Origin: Cyanobacteria bacterium auto_48_18
Lineage (GTDB): Bacteria; Cyanobacteriota; Vampirovibrionia; Obscuribacterales; Obscuribacteraceae
DNA: 64,000 bases
Reading direction: 5' to 3'
NCBI GenBank assembly: GCA_036170915.1
Contig: JAVHQC010000016.1
Span: 133,627 to 197,626 of the forward strand
A program made the position numbers and the translations under genes. Positions 45,970 to 54,540 of the stretch are shown here, piece after piece. How positions within the stretch are numbered: the first letter of the stretch is position 1; each line of letters begins with the position of its first letter. The notes below the pieces were generated by a model, which made no database searches, had not been told where the DNA came from, and saw nothing but the letters and a program-made list of their open reading frames with translations.

Positions 45970-46236
45970 TGTTATCTATTGTGAATGGGCATTTAGCGAC
46001 TATAGCACGGGGAAGTAAAGCGGGGGAAGAGCATAGGCACCCCTGGCGTTCTTGAGCCATTAGTGCCAAGAACGAGCGGAACATTTAGGAAATTAAACTT
46101 TATGCCAAATATATTGATGGCTAAAGGAGGTTATAATTTATGTACTTGAGGACGCACTGAGCTCAAGAAACCTTTAGATGCCAATGCATATTCTCCGAAG
46201 CCGCTGCGGCGCTTCCGAGCGATTAAACCTTTTCAG

Positions 46237-49224
46237 TTGGCATCTTCAGGCATTTTTCGCGGTCTACGACCGTTTTGTCTTTGGAGAAAGGTCATCATCA
46301 ATTCTCGCGTCAGCCCCCAGAGAAAATCGAGCAAAGAGATTTCTGAATTGCTTGTGGAGCAGTTCTTGCCCCAAGTTTTCAAACCAGGGCAATATTTAGG
46401 CAACGAATGGGGCGCTCGACGCAAGCCTTTCGAGAGCTGCGACGTGCGGCTGGCGCTTGCTTTTCCTGACATGTATGAACTCGGCATGTCCAATTTTGGT
46501 CTTAAAATTCTTTATCAGCTGGTGAATGACTTCGAAGGTTTACTGGTAGACCGCACTTACGCTCCGGCGTCAGACCTCGAGACGCTAATGCGTCAAGCCA
46601 AACCGGCGGTGCCGCTTTTTGCTTTCGAATCAAGGCAGCCCTTATACAATTTTGAACTGGTGGGTTTCTCGCTGCAGTATGAGCTGACTTACAGCAATGT
46701 TCTCAACATGCTAGATCTGGCCCAGATACCAGTCAAAGCCATCGAGCGCACTGAGCTATTCCCTCTAATTTTTGGTGGTGGACCTTCGTCGGTCAACCCT
46801 GAGCCCATGGCTCCTTTTATGGATTTCTTTATCATCGGCGACGGTGAGCTGGCTATTCCGGCCGTTATGAATCTGGTACGTGAGTTTAAAGCTGCGCATC
46901 TTGAGGCTGTGGAAAATAAACCTCACCTGTCCGCGCACTACAGACAGTGGCTACTGGCAAAACTGGCCAGCGAAGTTTCAGGTGTTTATGTGCCTGCGCT
47001 ATACGATCTTAAAGATAATGATGTTGTGGTCACACCTATTGCTTTGTCACCGCTGGTGGACAGTTTGCAAAAGGCATTACCGGAACATTTTGAACAATTA
47101 GAGGCGCTTAGACAGGCAGTCGTTCCCCAGAGAGTATTGCGTCAGATTGCACCCTTAACAGACAGCAATCAGCCCACCACTAATTTGGTGCCTTACTTAG
47201 CCCTGGTTCATGACCGCGAAACTTTAGAAGTACGTCGCGGATGCGACCGTGGTTGCCGCTTCTGTCAACCCGGTTATACATTTTTACCGGTGCGCGAAAG
47301 ATCCGCTGCCGATTTGCTCGAACTTTCCAAAAAAGCATTAGCCAACTCAGGTCACGAGGAGTATTCACTGCTCTCGCTTTGCGTCAGTGACTATACTTCT
47401 TTACATGACTCTGTACGCGCACTCAATCGTGAGCATAGTGCTACTCGCGCCTCGCTTTCGTTTCCAAGTCAGCGCGCTGATCGCATGAATTTAGAAATTG
47501 CCGAAGAACTCAAGGCCGTGCGCAAGAGTGGTATCACTTTGGCTCCAGAGGCCGGTACTGAAAAACTTCGGGCTGTCATTAATAAGGGTCTTTCTCACCA
47601 ACAAATCATTAGTGCCATTGAGTCTGCCTACAAGTCGGGCTGGGCGTCGGTCAAGCTCTACTTTATGTGCGGCCTTCCTTTTGAAGATGACAGCGATCTA
47701 CAAGGCATCATCGACATTTTGAAAGAAGCTGAGCATCACTGCAATGTGATTAGACGTGCCGATATAGAAAATCATAAAAAAGCACTAGAGATTACTTGTA
47801 CCATTTCGAATTTCGTGCCAAAACCGTTCACGCCTTTCCAGTGGTTTGGGCAGGTTAACCCTCGTGAAACAGCCAGAAGACATGCAGTTTTACGCGCCAA
47901 ACTGAAAGAGTCGGGCATGCGCAAAGTGACCTTGAATGTGACAGACCCGTCTATCAGTTTACTTGAGGCTGCTATTTCTCGCGGCGATAGAAAAGTGGGC
48001 GAAATGATTTACCGCGCCTGGCAAGGTGGCGCTGTATTTGATGCTTGGGACGATCGCTATAAACCAGAAATTTGGGAAAAAGCCGCCGAATCTCTAGGTG
48101 TAACTTTAGAAGATCTGGCTTGCCCCGATTTAGAAGTTGGTTCGCGTCAGCCTTTTGACGTAGTGCATATTGGTTTGCATGACTGGTGGCTCAAACGCGA
48201 ATGGGAAAAGGCAGTAAACGCTGTAGAAACAGCCGCCTGCACAGAAAACACTTGCCATGCTTGCGGCATTTGCACCGAGCTTGATACCACCCACACTCTT
48301 GCCAATCCGAGTGTTGAAGTGATGAAGAAAAATCCTTTCGTCAAAGAACTCAACGCTAATACTTCAGACGGCGAATCGCACCCGTCATTATTTTTTGTAG
48401 CGCCTCAGGCGCCTGTTGCCGAGCCCAGCCAAGACACACATGTTCGTCTACGTTTTGCCTTCAGTAAAACCGGCGATTTGCGTTTCATCGGCCACCTCGA
48501 CATGCAGAACCTGCTCGTTAGAGCAGCCCGACGTGCAGCCTTGCAAATGGCTTACACCCAGGGCTTCAATCCACAGCCAAAACTTTCACTGGCCTGTCCT
48601 TTGCCGCTCTTCCAGGAAGGATTGCGCGAATTAGCCGATATCGAGCTAGTCGAGCATCTTACTTGCGAACAGTTTAAGCAAAGGATTAATCAACAGTTAC
48701 CTCCTGAAGTGCAAATTATCGATTGCGTTGAATTGCCCAAGCTCTTGCCCATTAATGGCAACGCTCAGTCAATACCATCAATTGCTTCGATTGTTACTTC
48801 GGCTCGATACAGAGCTGAATTGCATGTGCTTCAAGACTCATTATTGGTCGGTCAAACAGCTTCCTCTGCTGATCTAGTCGAAGCGTTAAAAGCCGGCATT
48901 GAAGAATTGATGAATAGCGAACACCTCATTGCACCGGTGTCAGAAACTAATTCATCAAAGAAAAATACTAGAGATAAAAATGCTCAGGGCCGCACAGAAA
49001 AGAATATAAGGCCGGGCATCACTAGTTTGAAACTTTTATCCAGACCAAACGATGAGCCACCCACGCTCGAGTTTGAGATGGTGACCGGATCTGCCGGCCA
49101 TACCAAGCCGACCGATCTGCTAGGGCTTTTATGCCCTGCACTAAATCTCAACTGGCGTGTCACTCGGCTTGAGCTTCTGACTCAACCGAGCATCAATTTT
49201 TCCACGGTGAGCTCACACACTTAA
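46237..49224 (+). CDS. B12-binding-type radical SAM protein (TIGR03960-like) fused to a DUF2344/TIGR03936-like domain
   Basis: KPGQYLGNE, FPDMYELGMSN, RGCDRGCRFCQ (CxxxCxxC), LAPEAG, FVPKPFTPFQW, then KTGDLRFIGHLD..GFNPQPK. Exact start uncertain. Confidence 0.93.
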   Translation: MASSGIFRGLRPFCLWRKVIINSRVSPQRKSSKEISELLVEQFLPQVFKPGQYLGNEWGARRKPFESCDVRLALAFPDMYELGMSNFGLKILYQLVNDFEGLLVDRTYAPASDLETLMRQAKPAVPLFAFESRQPLYNFELVGFSLQYELTYSNVLNMLDLAQIPVKAIERTELFPLIFGGGPSSVNPEPMAPFMDFFIIGDGELAIPAVMNLVREFKAAHLEAVENKPHLSAHYRQWLLAKLASEVSGVYVPALYDLKDNDVVVTPIALSPLVDSLQKALPEHFEQLEALRQAVVPQRVLRQIAPLTDSNQPTTNLVPYLALVHDRETLEVRRGCDRGCRFCQPGYTFLPVRERSAADLLELSKKALANSGHEEYSLLSLCVSDYTSLHDSVRALNREHSATRASLSFPSQRADRMNLEIAEELKAVRKSGITLAPEAGTEKLRAVINKGLSHQQIISAIESAYKSGWASVKLYFMCGLPFEDDSDLQGIIDILKEAEHHCNVIRRADIENHKKALEITCTISNFVPKPFTPFQWFGQVNPRETARRHAVLRAKLKESGMRKVTLNVTDPSISLLEAAISRGDRKVGEMIYRAWQGGAVFDAWDDRYKPEIWEKAAESLGVTLEDLACPDLEVGSRQPFDVVHIGLHDWWLKREWEKAVNAVETAACTENTCHACGICTELDTTHTLANPSVEVMKKNPFVKELNANTSDGESHPSLFFVAPQAPVAEPSQDTHVRLRFAFSKTGDLRFIGHLDMQNLLVRAARRAALQMAYTQGFNPQPKLSLACPLPLFQEGLRELADIELVEHLTCEQFKQRINQQLPPEVQIIDCVELPKLLPINGNAQSIPSIASIVTSARYRAELHVLQDSLLVGQTASSADLVEALKAGIEELMNSEHLIAPVSETNSSKKNTRDKNAQGRTEKNIRPGITSLKLLSRPNDEPPTLEFEMVTGSAGHTKPTDLLGLLCPALNLNWRVTRLELLTQPSINFSTVSSHT

Positions 49225-49244
49225 ATTCCATTTAGAGGGAAATT

Positions 49245-51629
49245 ATGAGAAAGTCAATCGTCATTTCGGAGCAAGATAATATTGCTGCATTGTTGGAGAA
49301 CGACCGAGTGGTCGAGTTCTTCGTCAATCGCGGCGAGCTGCTCCTCGGTGACATCTACACAGCCTCGGTGGAGAATATTCTCCCCGGTATTGACGCCGCT
49401 TTCGTCAATCTTGGCAAAGACAAAATGGGTTTCTTGCATGCTAACGACGTGCCGGGACAAGGGCCGCTTAAAGAACGACTGGTACCAAAACAAAAGCTGC
49501 TGGTACAAATCACCAAAGAACCAACCGGTCACAAAGGCCCTCGCGTTTCGACCGCCATCAGCTTGCCTGGAAGATTTCTGGTGCTGGTGCCTGAAGAGCG
49601 CGGAGTATCAATTTCACGCCGCATTTCTGAAGCCAGAGAACGCGCTAGATTGAAGTCGGTAGTCAACTTAATGAAGCCTCCGGGCGTCGGCCTCATCATT
49701 AGGACTGAAGCCAAAGGCCAGGGCGATCAAGAATTATTCGAAGATTTCGAACAACTCTGGGACCGCTGGCAAACAATTGTTTCTGAAGCAGAAGCATCAA
49801 TTGGGCCAACTCTGATTTACAGAGACCAAGATTTGCTCTTCCGTGTCATTCGCGATGCTTATTCACACGAAGTAAGTGAAATTATCGCTGACAGCCCAGA
49901 AGGCCAGAGACGCGCTCAAGAATACTTGAGCGGTTGGGCGAGCAAGCAAACAAAAGTTTCATTCCACACTGATGAAGTGCCACTGCTGTTAGCTAAGGGC
50001 ATCGATCGTGAAATTGAAGCCGCTCTATCAGATAGAGCCGAATTGCCTTCCGGCGGTCACTTGAACGTGCAACCAACAGAAGCACTGACAGTAATCGACG
50101 TTAACTCTGGTCGCTTCACCAGCTCGCGCACACAGGCTGAAACTGTGCGTCGCACTAACCTCGAAGCCGCTCAGGAAATTCCACGCCAACTGCGTCTGCG
50201 CAATATTGGTGGCATGGTGATTGTCGACTTTATCGACATGGATAGCAGAAAAGACCAGCAGCAAGTGCTGGAAGCTTTCCAACGCGCTCTTGAAGAAGAC
50301 CGTGCCAAGCCACAAATCGGGCAACTGTCTGATTTGGGACTGGTTGAATTAACTCGCCGCAGACAAGGTCAGAGCTTAAGAGAGTTGTTCTCTATTAAGT
50401 GTACGAGCTGTGTTGGCCAGGGTGTTATTCCTCAACTCGAACTTGGACCACCAGAAGATCGCAGAATTATCGCCTTCAAAAATCGCGATGAAGAAAATCG
50501 CCGCGGCAGATCTAGAGGCAAAGGTGGCGGTCAGCCATTGAAAGCCGCATCTGCTATGGGTGGCCGAGTAATGCCATCGGTGCAAGATAGTCATACTCAC
50601 GAGCATGCTTTATCTCATGATGCACATGATGTAGATGAGCATGGTCACGATTTTGACGATGTGCCTGAAGAAATTCTGGCTCAAATGCCTGAAGATTTGC
50701 TTGATCCACGCGGTTCAGGAAAAATTTCAAAGCGCTTTGAAGAGCCAGATGAAGATGATGATGTCGCTCACGTTCAAGAAGAACACGCTCATGGTCATGC
50801 AGTTACGAGAAACAGCTTGACTGATTCAGATGACGACGATGACGACAGCGAAGATGATCAAGATATGGCGTCAGACCTCGCACGTAGCGTATCAGCGGTA
50901 GAAAGTGTTTTCCAGGAAATGGATTCGCATTCTGAAGCTAACGCCGGCGAGTCACACGCTCATTCAGTTCATTCGGATCATTCGGATCACTCAGATGACA
51001 AACCGACGACCACTCATGACTTTCTCGAACCGGTAAAACTTGCCGGCGCTGAGTTCGGTCATATTTTGGAAACAGCGGTTGATTTCGGCGTAGACATGGC
51101 AAAAGCTCTGATTAACCCTAATTCGGCTTATGCACCTTCGACGGAAAACGCTCCTGAGCAAAATTGGCATGCAACTGAAGGTGAACATCAACAACATTCT
51201 CAGTCACATGACGAACATGGCCACAATAACGATCAGCATGAACAGTCACAACAGGCTGCTTATTCTGCACCGGTAGAAGAGCCAGTAACTCCAATTGCTG
51301 CTGAGGTGGATCCTGTTACAGGCGTTTATCGACTGAAAACAAAAGCCGAGCAAGAAGCCATTGACCGTGCCGAAGATGAACGCGCTAATGCACTGCGTGA
51401 AACATCAGACAGCGATGCACCGTGGCATCAAGAGCCAGCTTTGTTTGGTGCTGACGACAATCAAGGTACACCTGAGTCTAATTCAAATAATGACTCCGGT
51501 GACAATGAATTCGGTCAATTGCGTATTCCGATTACAAGCAATGCTTACGGATCAGATTCTGGATCTGGTTCTGGTTCGGAAGAAGGCGAAAACACTGAGT
51601 ATGGTGGCGAGCACCGCGATCAAGAATAA
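49245..51629 (+). CDS. rne: Ribonuclease E/G with long acidic, His-rich disordered tail
   Basis: GDIY..VENILPGIDAAFV, QITKEPTGHKGPR, LPGRFLV, IDVNSG, RNIGGMVIVDFIDM, GLVELTRRR and Zn-link CTSCVGQG. Confidence 0.96.
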   Translation: MRKSIVISEQDNIAALLENDRVVEFFVNRGELLLGDIYTASVENILPGIDAAFVNLGKDKMGFLHANDVPGQGPLKERLVPKQKLLVQITKEPTGHKGPRVSTAISLPGRFLVLVPEERGVSISRRISEARERARLKSVVNLMKPPGVGLIIRTEAKGQGDQELFEDFEQLWDRWQTIVSEAEASIGPTLIYRDQDLLFRVIRDAYSHEVSEIIADSPEGQRRAQEYLSGWASKQTKVSFHTDEVPLLLAKGIDREIEAALSDRAELPSGGHLNVQPTEALTVIDVNSGRFTSSRTQAETVRRTNLEAAQEIPRQLRLRNIGGMVIVDFIDMDSRKDQQQVLEAFQRALEEDRAKPQIGQLSDLGLVELTRRRQGQSLRELFSIKCTSCVGQGVIPQLELGPPEDRRIIAFKNRDEENRRGRSRGKGGGQPLKAASAMGGRVMPSVQDSHTHEHALSHDAHDVDEHGHDFDDVPEEILAQMPEDLLDPRGSGKISKRFEEPDEDDDVAHVQEEHAHGHAVTRNSLTDSDDDDDDSEDDQDMASDLARSVSAVESVFQEMDSHSEANAGESHAHSVHSDHSDHSDDKPTTTHDFLEPVKLAGAEFGHILETAVDFGVDMAKALINPNSAYAPSTENAPEQNWHATEGEHQQHSQSHDEHGHNNDQHEQSQQAAYSAPVEEPVTPIAAEVDPVTGVYRLKTKAEQEAIDRAEDERANALRETSDSDAPWHQEPALFGADDNQGTPESNSNNDSGDNEFGQLRIPITSNAYGSDSGSGSGSEEGENTEYGGEHRDQE

Positions 51630-51660
51630 AATCTTGAGGCGTTAGTTTTCGTTTGATTTG

Positions 51661-51698
51661 ATAGCGGCCCTTACTTTTGTAGGGGCCGTTATTGTTTT
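51661..51698 (+). terminator. Intrinsic terminator after rne
   Basis: ATAGCGGCCCTTAC-TTTT-GTAGGGGCCGTTAT followed by TGTTTT. Confidence 0.8.
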
Positions 51699-51710
51699 AC
51701 CGGAGCGAGT

Positions 51711-51872
51711 TGATGGTCTGATCTCTCGCAGAAAAAATACCTTTAAAGGTATTTTTTTCTGAAAGAGAGCGGATGACCGTTGCTGAGGATTTACCTCCGG
51801 AGGTAAATTCTGAAGCGGTGATAGTCCGACGTTAGGAAAAAAACCTGCGCAGGTTTTTTTCTAAGTTAGGTC
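51711..51872. repeat. Three tandem palindromes sharing an ACCT-N4-AGGT core
   Basis: AAAAAATACCT-TTAA-AGGTATTTTTT, ATTTACCT-CCGG-AGGTAAAT and AAAAAAACCT-GCGC-AGGTTTTTTT, centred at 51744/5, 51798/9 and 51848/9. Confidence 0.85.
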
Positions 51873-51930
51873 TGTGAGTAAGCTATGATGATCGAAAAAG
51901 CGCGCTGAGCAAGGCGCGGCCGCTCATTTG

Positions 51931-53187
51931 TTAAAAAGCAGGCCGTGATTTTCTTGCCATGGTCAGACTGTAACCAAAACGTACACCAGGTGCGGTGGCA
52001 TCAGCACTAAGCAGACTTACTTCTACTTGCGCATTTGGGTCAGATTCAAATAATTGATAAATGGCATTGCGATCTTTGGTGAACTGTTGTTCTTCGACGA
52101 AGAAGGCACCACCAAATTTTCCTTTGCCAACAAAAATCAAATATGTTGATTTAGTCGAAGGAATGGTTAGAACAACACATGCGGTGCTGGCATTTGAAAC
52201 GAAAGAGTTCATCACATTGTCAAAGTATGAGCGGCTATCCAGGTTATCTTCTCTGGGTAATGTGTAACCGAGGAAGAGGGCCGACATAGCTAGTGCGGCT
52301 TCATCTGGGAGGTCATACATGGTAACCATGGTGTCTGATGCTTCGAGATCAGAAAGAGTTAGTGTGAGCGATTCTTCTGTGGCTTTTGCATCAGGACTAG
52401 ACTTGCATCCGTAAATGCAACCCACCGCCCGTCCGCGATATAGCAGAATTGCTGCGCGCGATAGTTTTGATTCTGATGTTGCCTTTAGACAGCCTGTGCG
52501 CATGCCGCCTTCGACGTCAGTTATTAACCACTCAAGGTCATAATCAGAAATTCTGAAAGTCTTCAAACTTTCGAGGCTTTCTTCATCAGGTGGTGGCATC
52601 ACAAGATCGATTGCACGTCGCAAACGAAAACGTTTGGTGGGCGTATGCTCATTCGGCGCTTGCCACTGCTCTTCACTTCCAGGCTGATAGCTGGAGGTTT
52701 GATATTGCTGATCCTGATATCCGGGTGGTGCATACTGCTGTTGATCAGGTGGGGCATATACCTGATTGCCGCCTTGCTGCGGAATTATCGGTGCGCTGCC
52801 CATGTTGTGCGGCTGCACTGTTGGATTGCTTCCGGTTTCATCAACACCGCGATAAGCACGCAGCTCTTGCGACTTTTCTTCGTAGGCTGCGTCTAATTCG
52901 TCTAAATTGTGTTCTTGCCAGTTAACGCTGCCGGTGACGCTTTGATTTGGCACGCCACGATTTTCTTGGAAAATCGGACTGAGTAATACACGATCTTTGT
53001 GTACACAAACAAACTTGGCAAGGATTTCAGTGCCGGGTTTGAGGGTTTCAATAGTTTTGATAAAGCCGGGGAGATTGTCTTTTTTGATGACAACTTCGTA
53101 GCCACCTTGTTCAGCACCTTTTACAATGCAAACAACGTTCTGTCCCCCTTTGTACCCTGTCACTTTCCAGGGATTTATCTTTGCCAT
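51931..53187 (-). CDS. Hypothetical protein: S1/OB-like N-terminus, Q/P linker, PATAN/DUF4388-like C-terminal region
   Basis: GQNVVCIV..GGYEV..LPGFI..LKPGTEILAK..VLLS, then LEWLITDVEGGMRTGCLKA..ILLYRGRAVGCIYG. Confidence 0.6.
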   Translation of the reverse strand: MAKINPWKVTGYKGGQNVVCIVKGAEQGGYEVVIKKDNLPGFIKTIETLKPGTEILAKFVCVHKDRVLLSPIFQENRGVPNQSVTGSVNWQEHNLDELDAAYEEKSQELRAYRGVDETGSNPTVQPHNMGSAPIIPQQGGNQVYAPPDQQQYAPPGYQDQQYQTSSYQPGSEEQWQAPNEHTPTKRFRLRRAIDLVMPPPDEESLESLKTFRISDYDLEWLITDVEGGMRTGCLKATSESKLSRAAILLYRGRAVGCIYGCKSSPDAKATEESLTLTLSDLEASDTMVTMYDLPDEAALAMSALFLGYTLPREDNLDSRSYFDNVMNSFVSNASTACVVLTIPSTKSTYLIFVGKGKFGGAFFVEEQQFTKDRNAIYQLFESDPNAQVEVSLLSADATAPGVRFGYSLTMARKSRPAF

Positions 53188-53363
53188 GATTCCATCTAAA
53201 GCTCTTGTGTCCTCTTACCTTTCAATATTACAGGATAACTCTAGCGACCGGGTAATCATGGGCTTTGCAGTGGGGGATCTTCGTTAGAAATTGGCGAGTC
53301 CACTCTTCGACCTTCTTGCACGGCAAAGTGGCCAATAAAACCCTCATTAGAAGCTGTGTGAGA

Positions 53364-53732
53364 TCACTTTTTACCTGACAGGTAGCCACGCGCCTGTTCT
53401 ACAAGGGCGCTGAACTTTGCAAAGAAAGTTCTATGATTAACTCTTCCCTTTACAAGCGGCGATATCTCGTTTGCTTCCTTGGAATTTGCTAATGAAGGCG
53501 TCGCACAGTTACTATCATCGCCTTGCTTAGTTTTGTGGCATTTAATACAGCTGCCGAAGCACGATGGGTCTATGTCAATCCACGTATTGCATCTGGGGCA
53601 GCAAACTTTGGCAGCGCTTGACGAAGAGGGCTCTAATTGAAAGGTGCAATTTGGGCATAGCAGACGCTCAGCTTCTGACTTCGCCTTGATATCTTTGAAT
53701 TCTTGACCTTCAACCCTAAAGGGAATATCCAT
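53364..53732 (-). CDS. Small Cys-rich protein (Zn ribbon + FeoC-like Cys cluster)
   Basis: CPNC, CCPRC and CFGSCIKC..C. Lies 3 nt downstream of feoA. Confidence 0.65.
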   Translation of the reverse strand: MDIPFRVEGQEFKDIKAKSEAERLLCPNCTFQLEPSSSSAAKVCCPRCNTWIDIDPSCFGSCIKCHKTKQGDDSNCATPSLANSKEANEISPLVKGRVNHRTFFAKFSALVEQARGYLSGKK

Positions 53733-53735
53733 GGC

Positions 53736-53978
53736 TTAACCCTCAACGGTTTGAGCAGCACCGGACATTTCAACTTCAATTTTGAGCGCTAATTGGCGGC
53801 CCACGGCCAATTCCATCTGATTCCGGCTTAAAATCACTGGCCCGCCGGGAATATTCTTTTCAATCTTGATTATGGCACCAACAGCAATGCCGAAGCGCTG
53901 GGCTTGAACAGTGACATCGTCGCCAACTGTGGCTTTGATGACAAATTTATCGCCTTCAATCGCGTCGGCCAGGGTCAT
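53736..53978 (-). CDS. feoA: Ferrous iron transport protein A
   Basis: MTLADA..G, RFGIAVGAIIKI, PGGPVIL and ELAVGRQLALKIEV motifs. Confidence 0.9.
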   Translation of the reverse strand: MTLADAIEGDKFVIKATVGDDVTVQAQRFGIAVGAIIKIEKNIPGGPVILSRNQMELAVGRQLALKIEVEMSGAAQTVEG

Positions 53979-54484
53979 TAGGCCCGCCTTTTAAGTTTGC
54001 AATTAGGGCACAGACCAAAAATTTTGAACTGGGCATCGATTACTTCAAAGTTATAACGAGAGCCAATTTTTTGCCCTGCTTCTTCGAGAAAGTGATCTTC
54101 GAATTCGAGCGTCAAATTGCAGCCTGTGCAAATAATGTGCTGGTGCGGCAGAGTGTCTTGCTTCAATTCATAGTGTTTATGACCTTCGGCAAAATCGAGT
54201 TCGCGCAGCAGCCCCAGTGAAGACAACAGTTTCAGCGTGCGATAAGCTGTGGCGAGAGAAACGTTCGAACCACGTTCAAGCAGCCGAGCATGCAATTCTT
54301 CAGCAGAAAGATGCTCACCGTGAGGCTGCTCTTTGAAAATTTGCAATATGGTCTCGCGTTGCGATGTAATGCGATGGCCGCGTTTGCGTAGGCTGTCAAA
54401 AACCGGATCTGCTCCGATTTCACCGCTCGGCAATTTCTCTTCGCTTTTTCCCATATTATCTGGAGTCTTTTTGGCGCTGTTCAT
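53978..54484 (-). CDS. fur: Fur family transcriptional regulator
   Basis: RITSQRETIL, HLSAEEL, SLATAYRTL, HYEL..HQHIICTGC and FGLCPNC motifs. The stop overlaps the feoA start. Start uncertain (54517, 54484 or 54454). Confidence 0.93.
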   Translation of the reverse strand: MNSAKKTPDNMGKSEEKLPSGEIGADPVFDSLRKRGHRITSQRETILQIFKEQPHGEHLSAEELHARLLERGSNVSLATAYRTLKLLSSLGLLRELDFAEGHKHYELKQDTLPHQHIICTGCNLTLEFEDHFLEEAGQKIGSRYNFEVIDAQFKIFGLCPNCKLKRRA

Positions 54485-54540
54485 CTTAGAATCATACCCT
54501 AAGCCAGCCGGCCTCATGACTATTATTGAGCCGATAAATA

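Noticed and set aside
46000..46236. Cobalamin riboswitch upstream of the B12-type radical SAM gene
   Set aside because: GGGAA words are present, but I could not identify the B12 box or the conserved core helices.
53535..53549. CxxCH (CIKCH) as a c-type heme site
   Set aside because: No signal peptide. The motif is part of a larger Cys cluster beside feoA, which better fits Fe-S or Zn binding.
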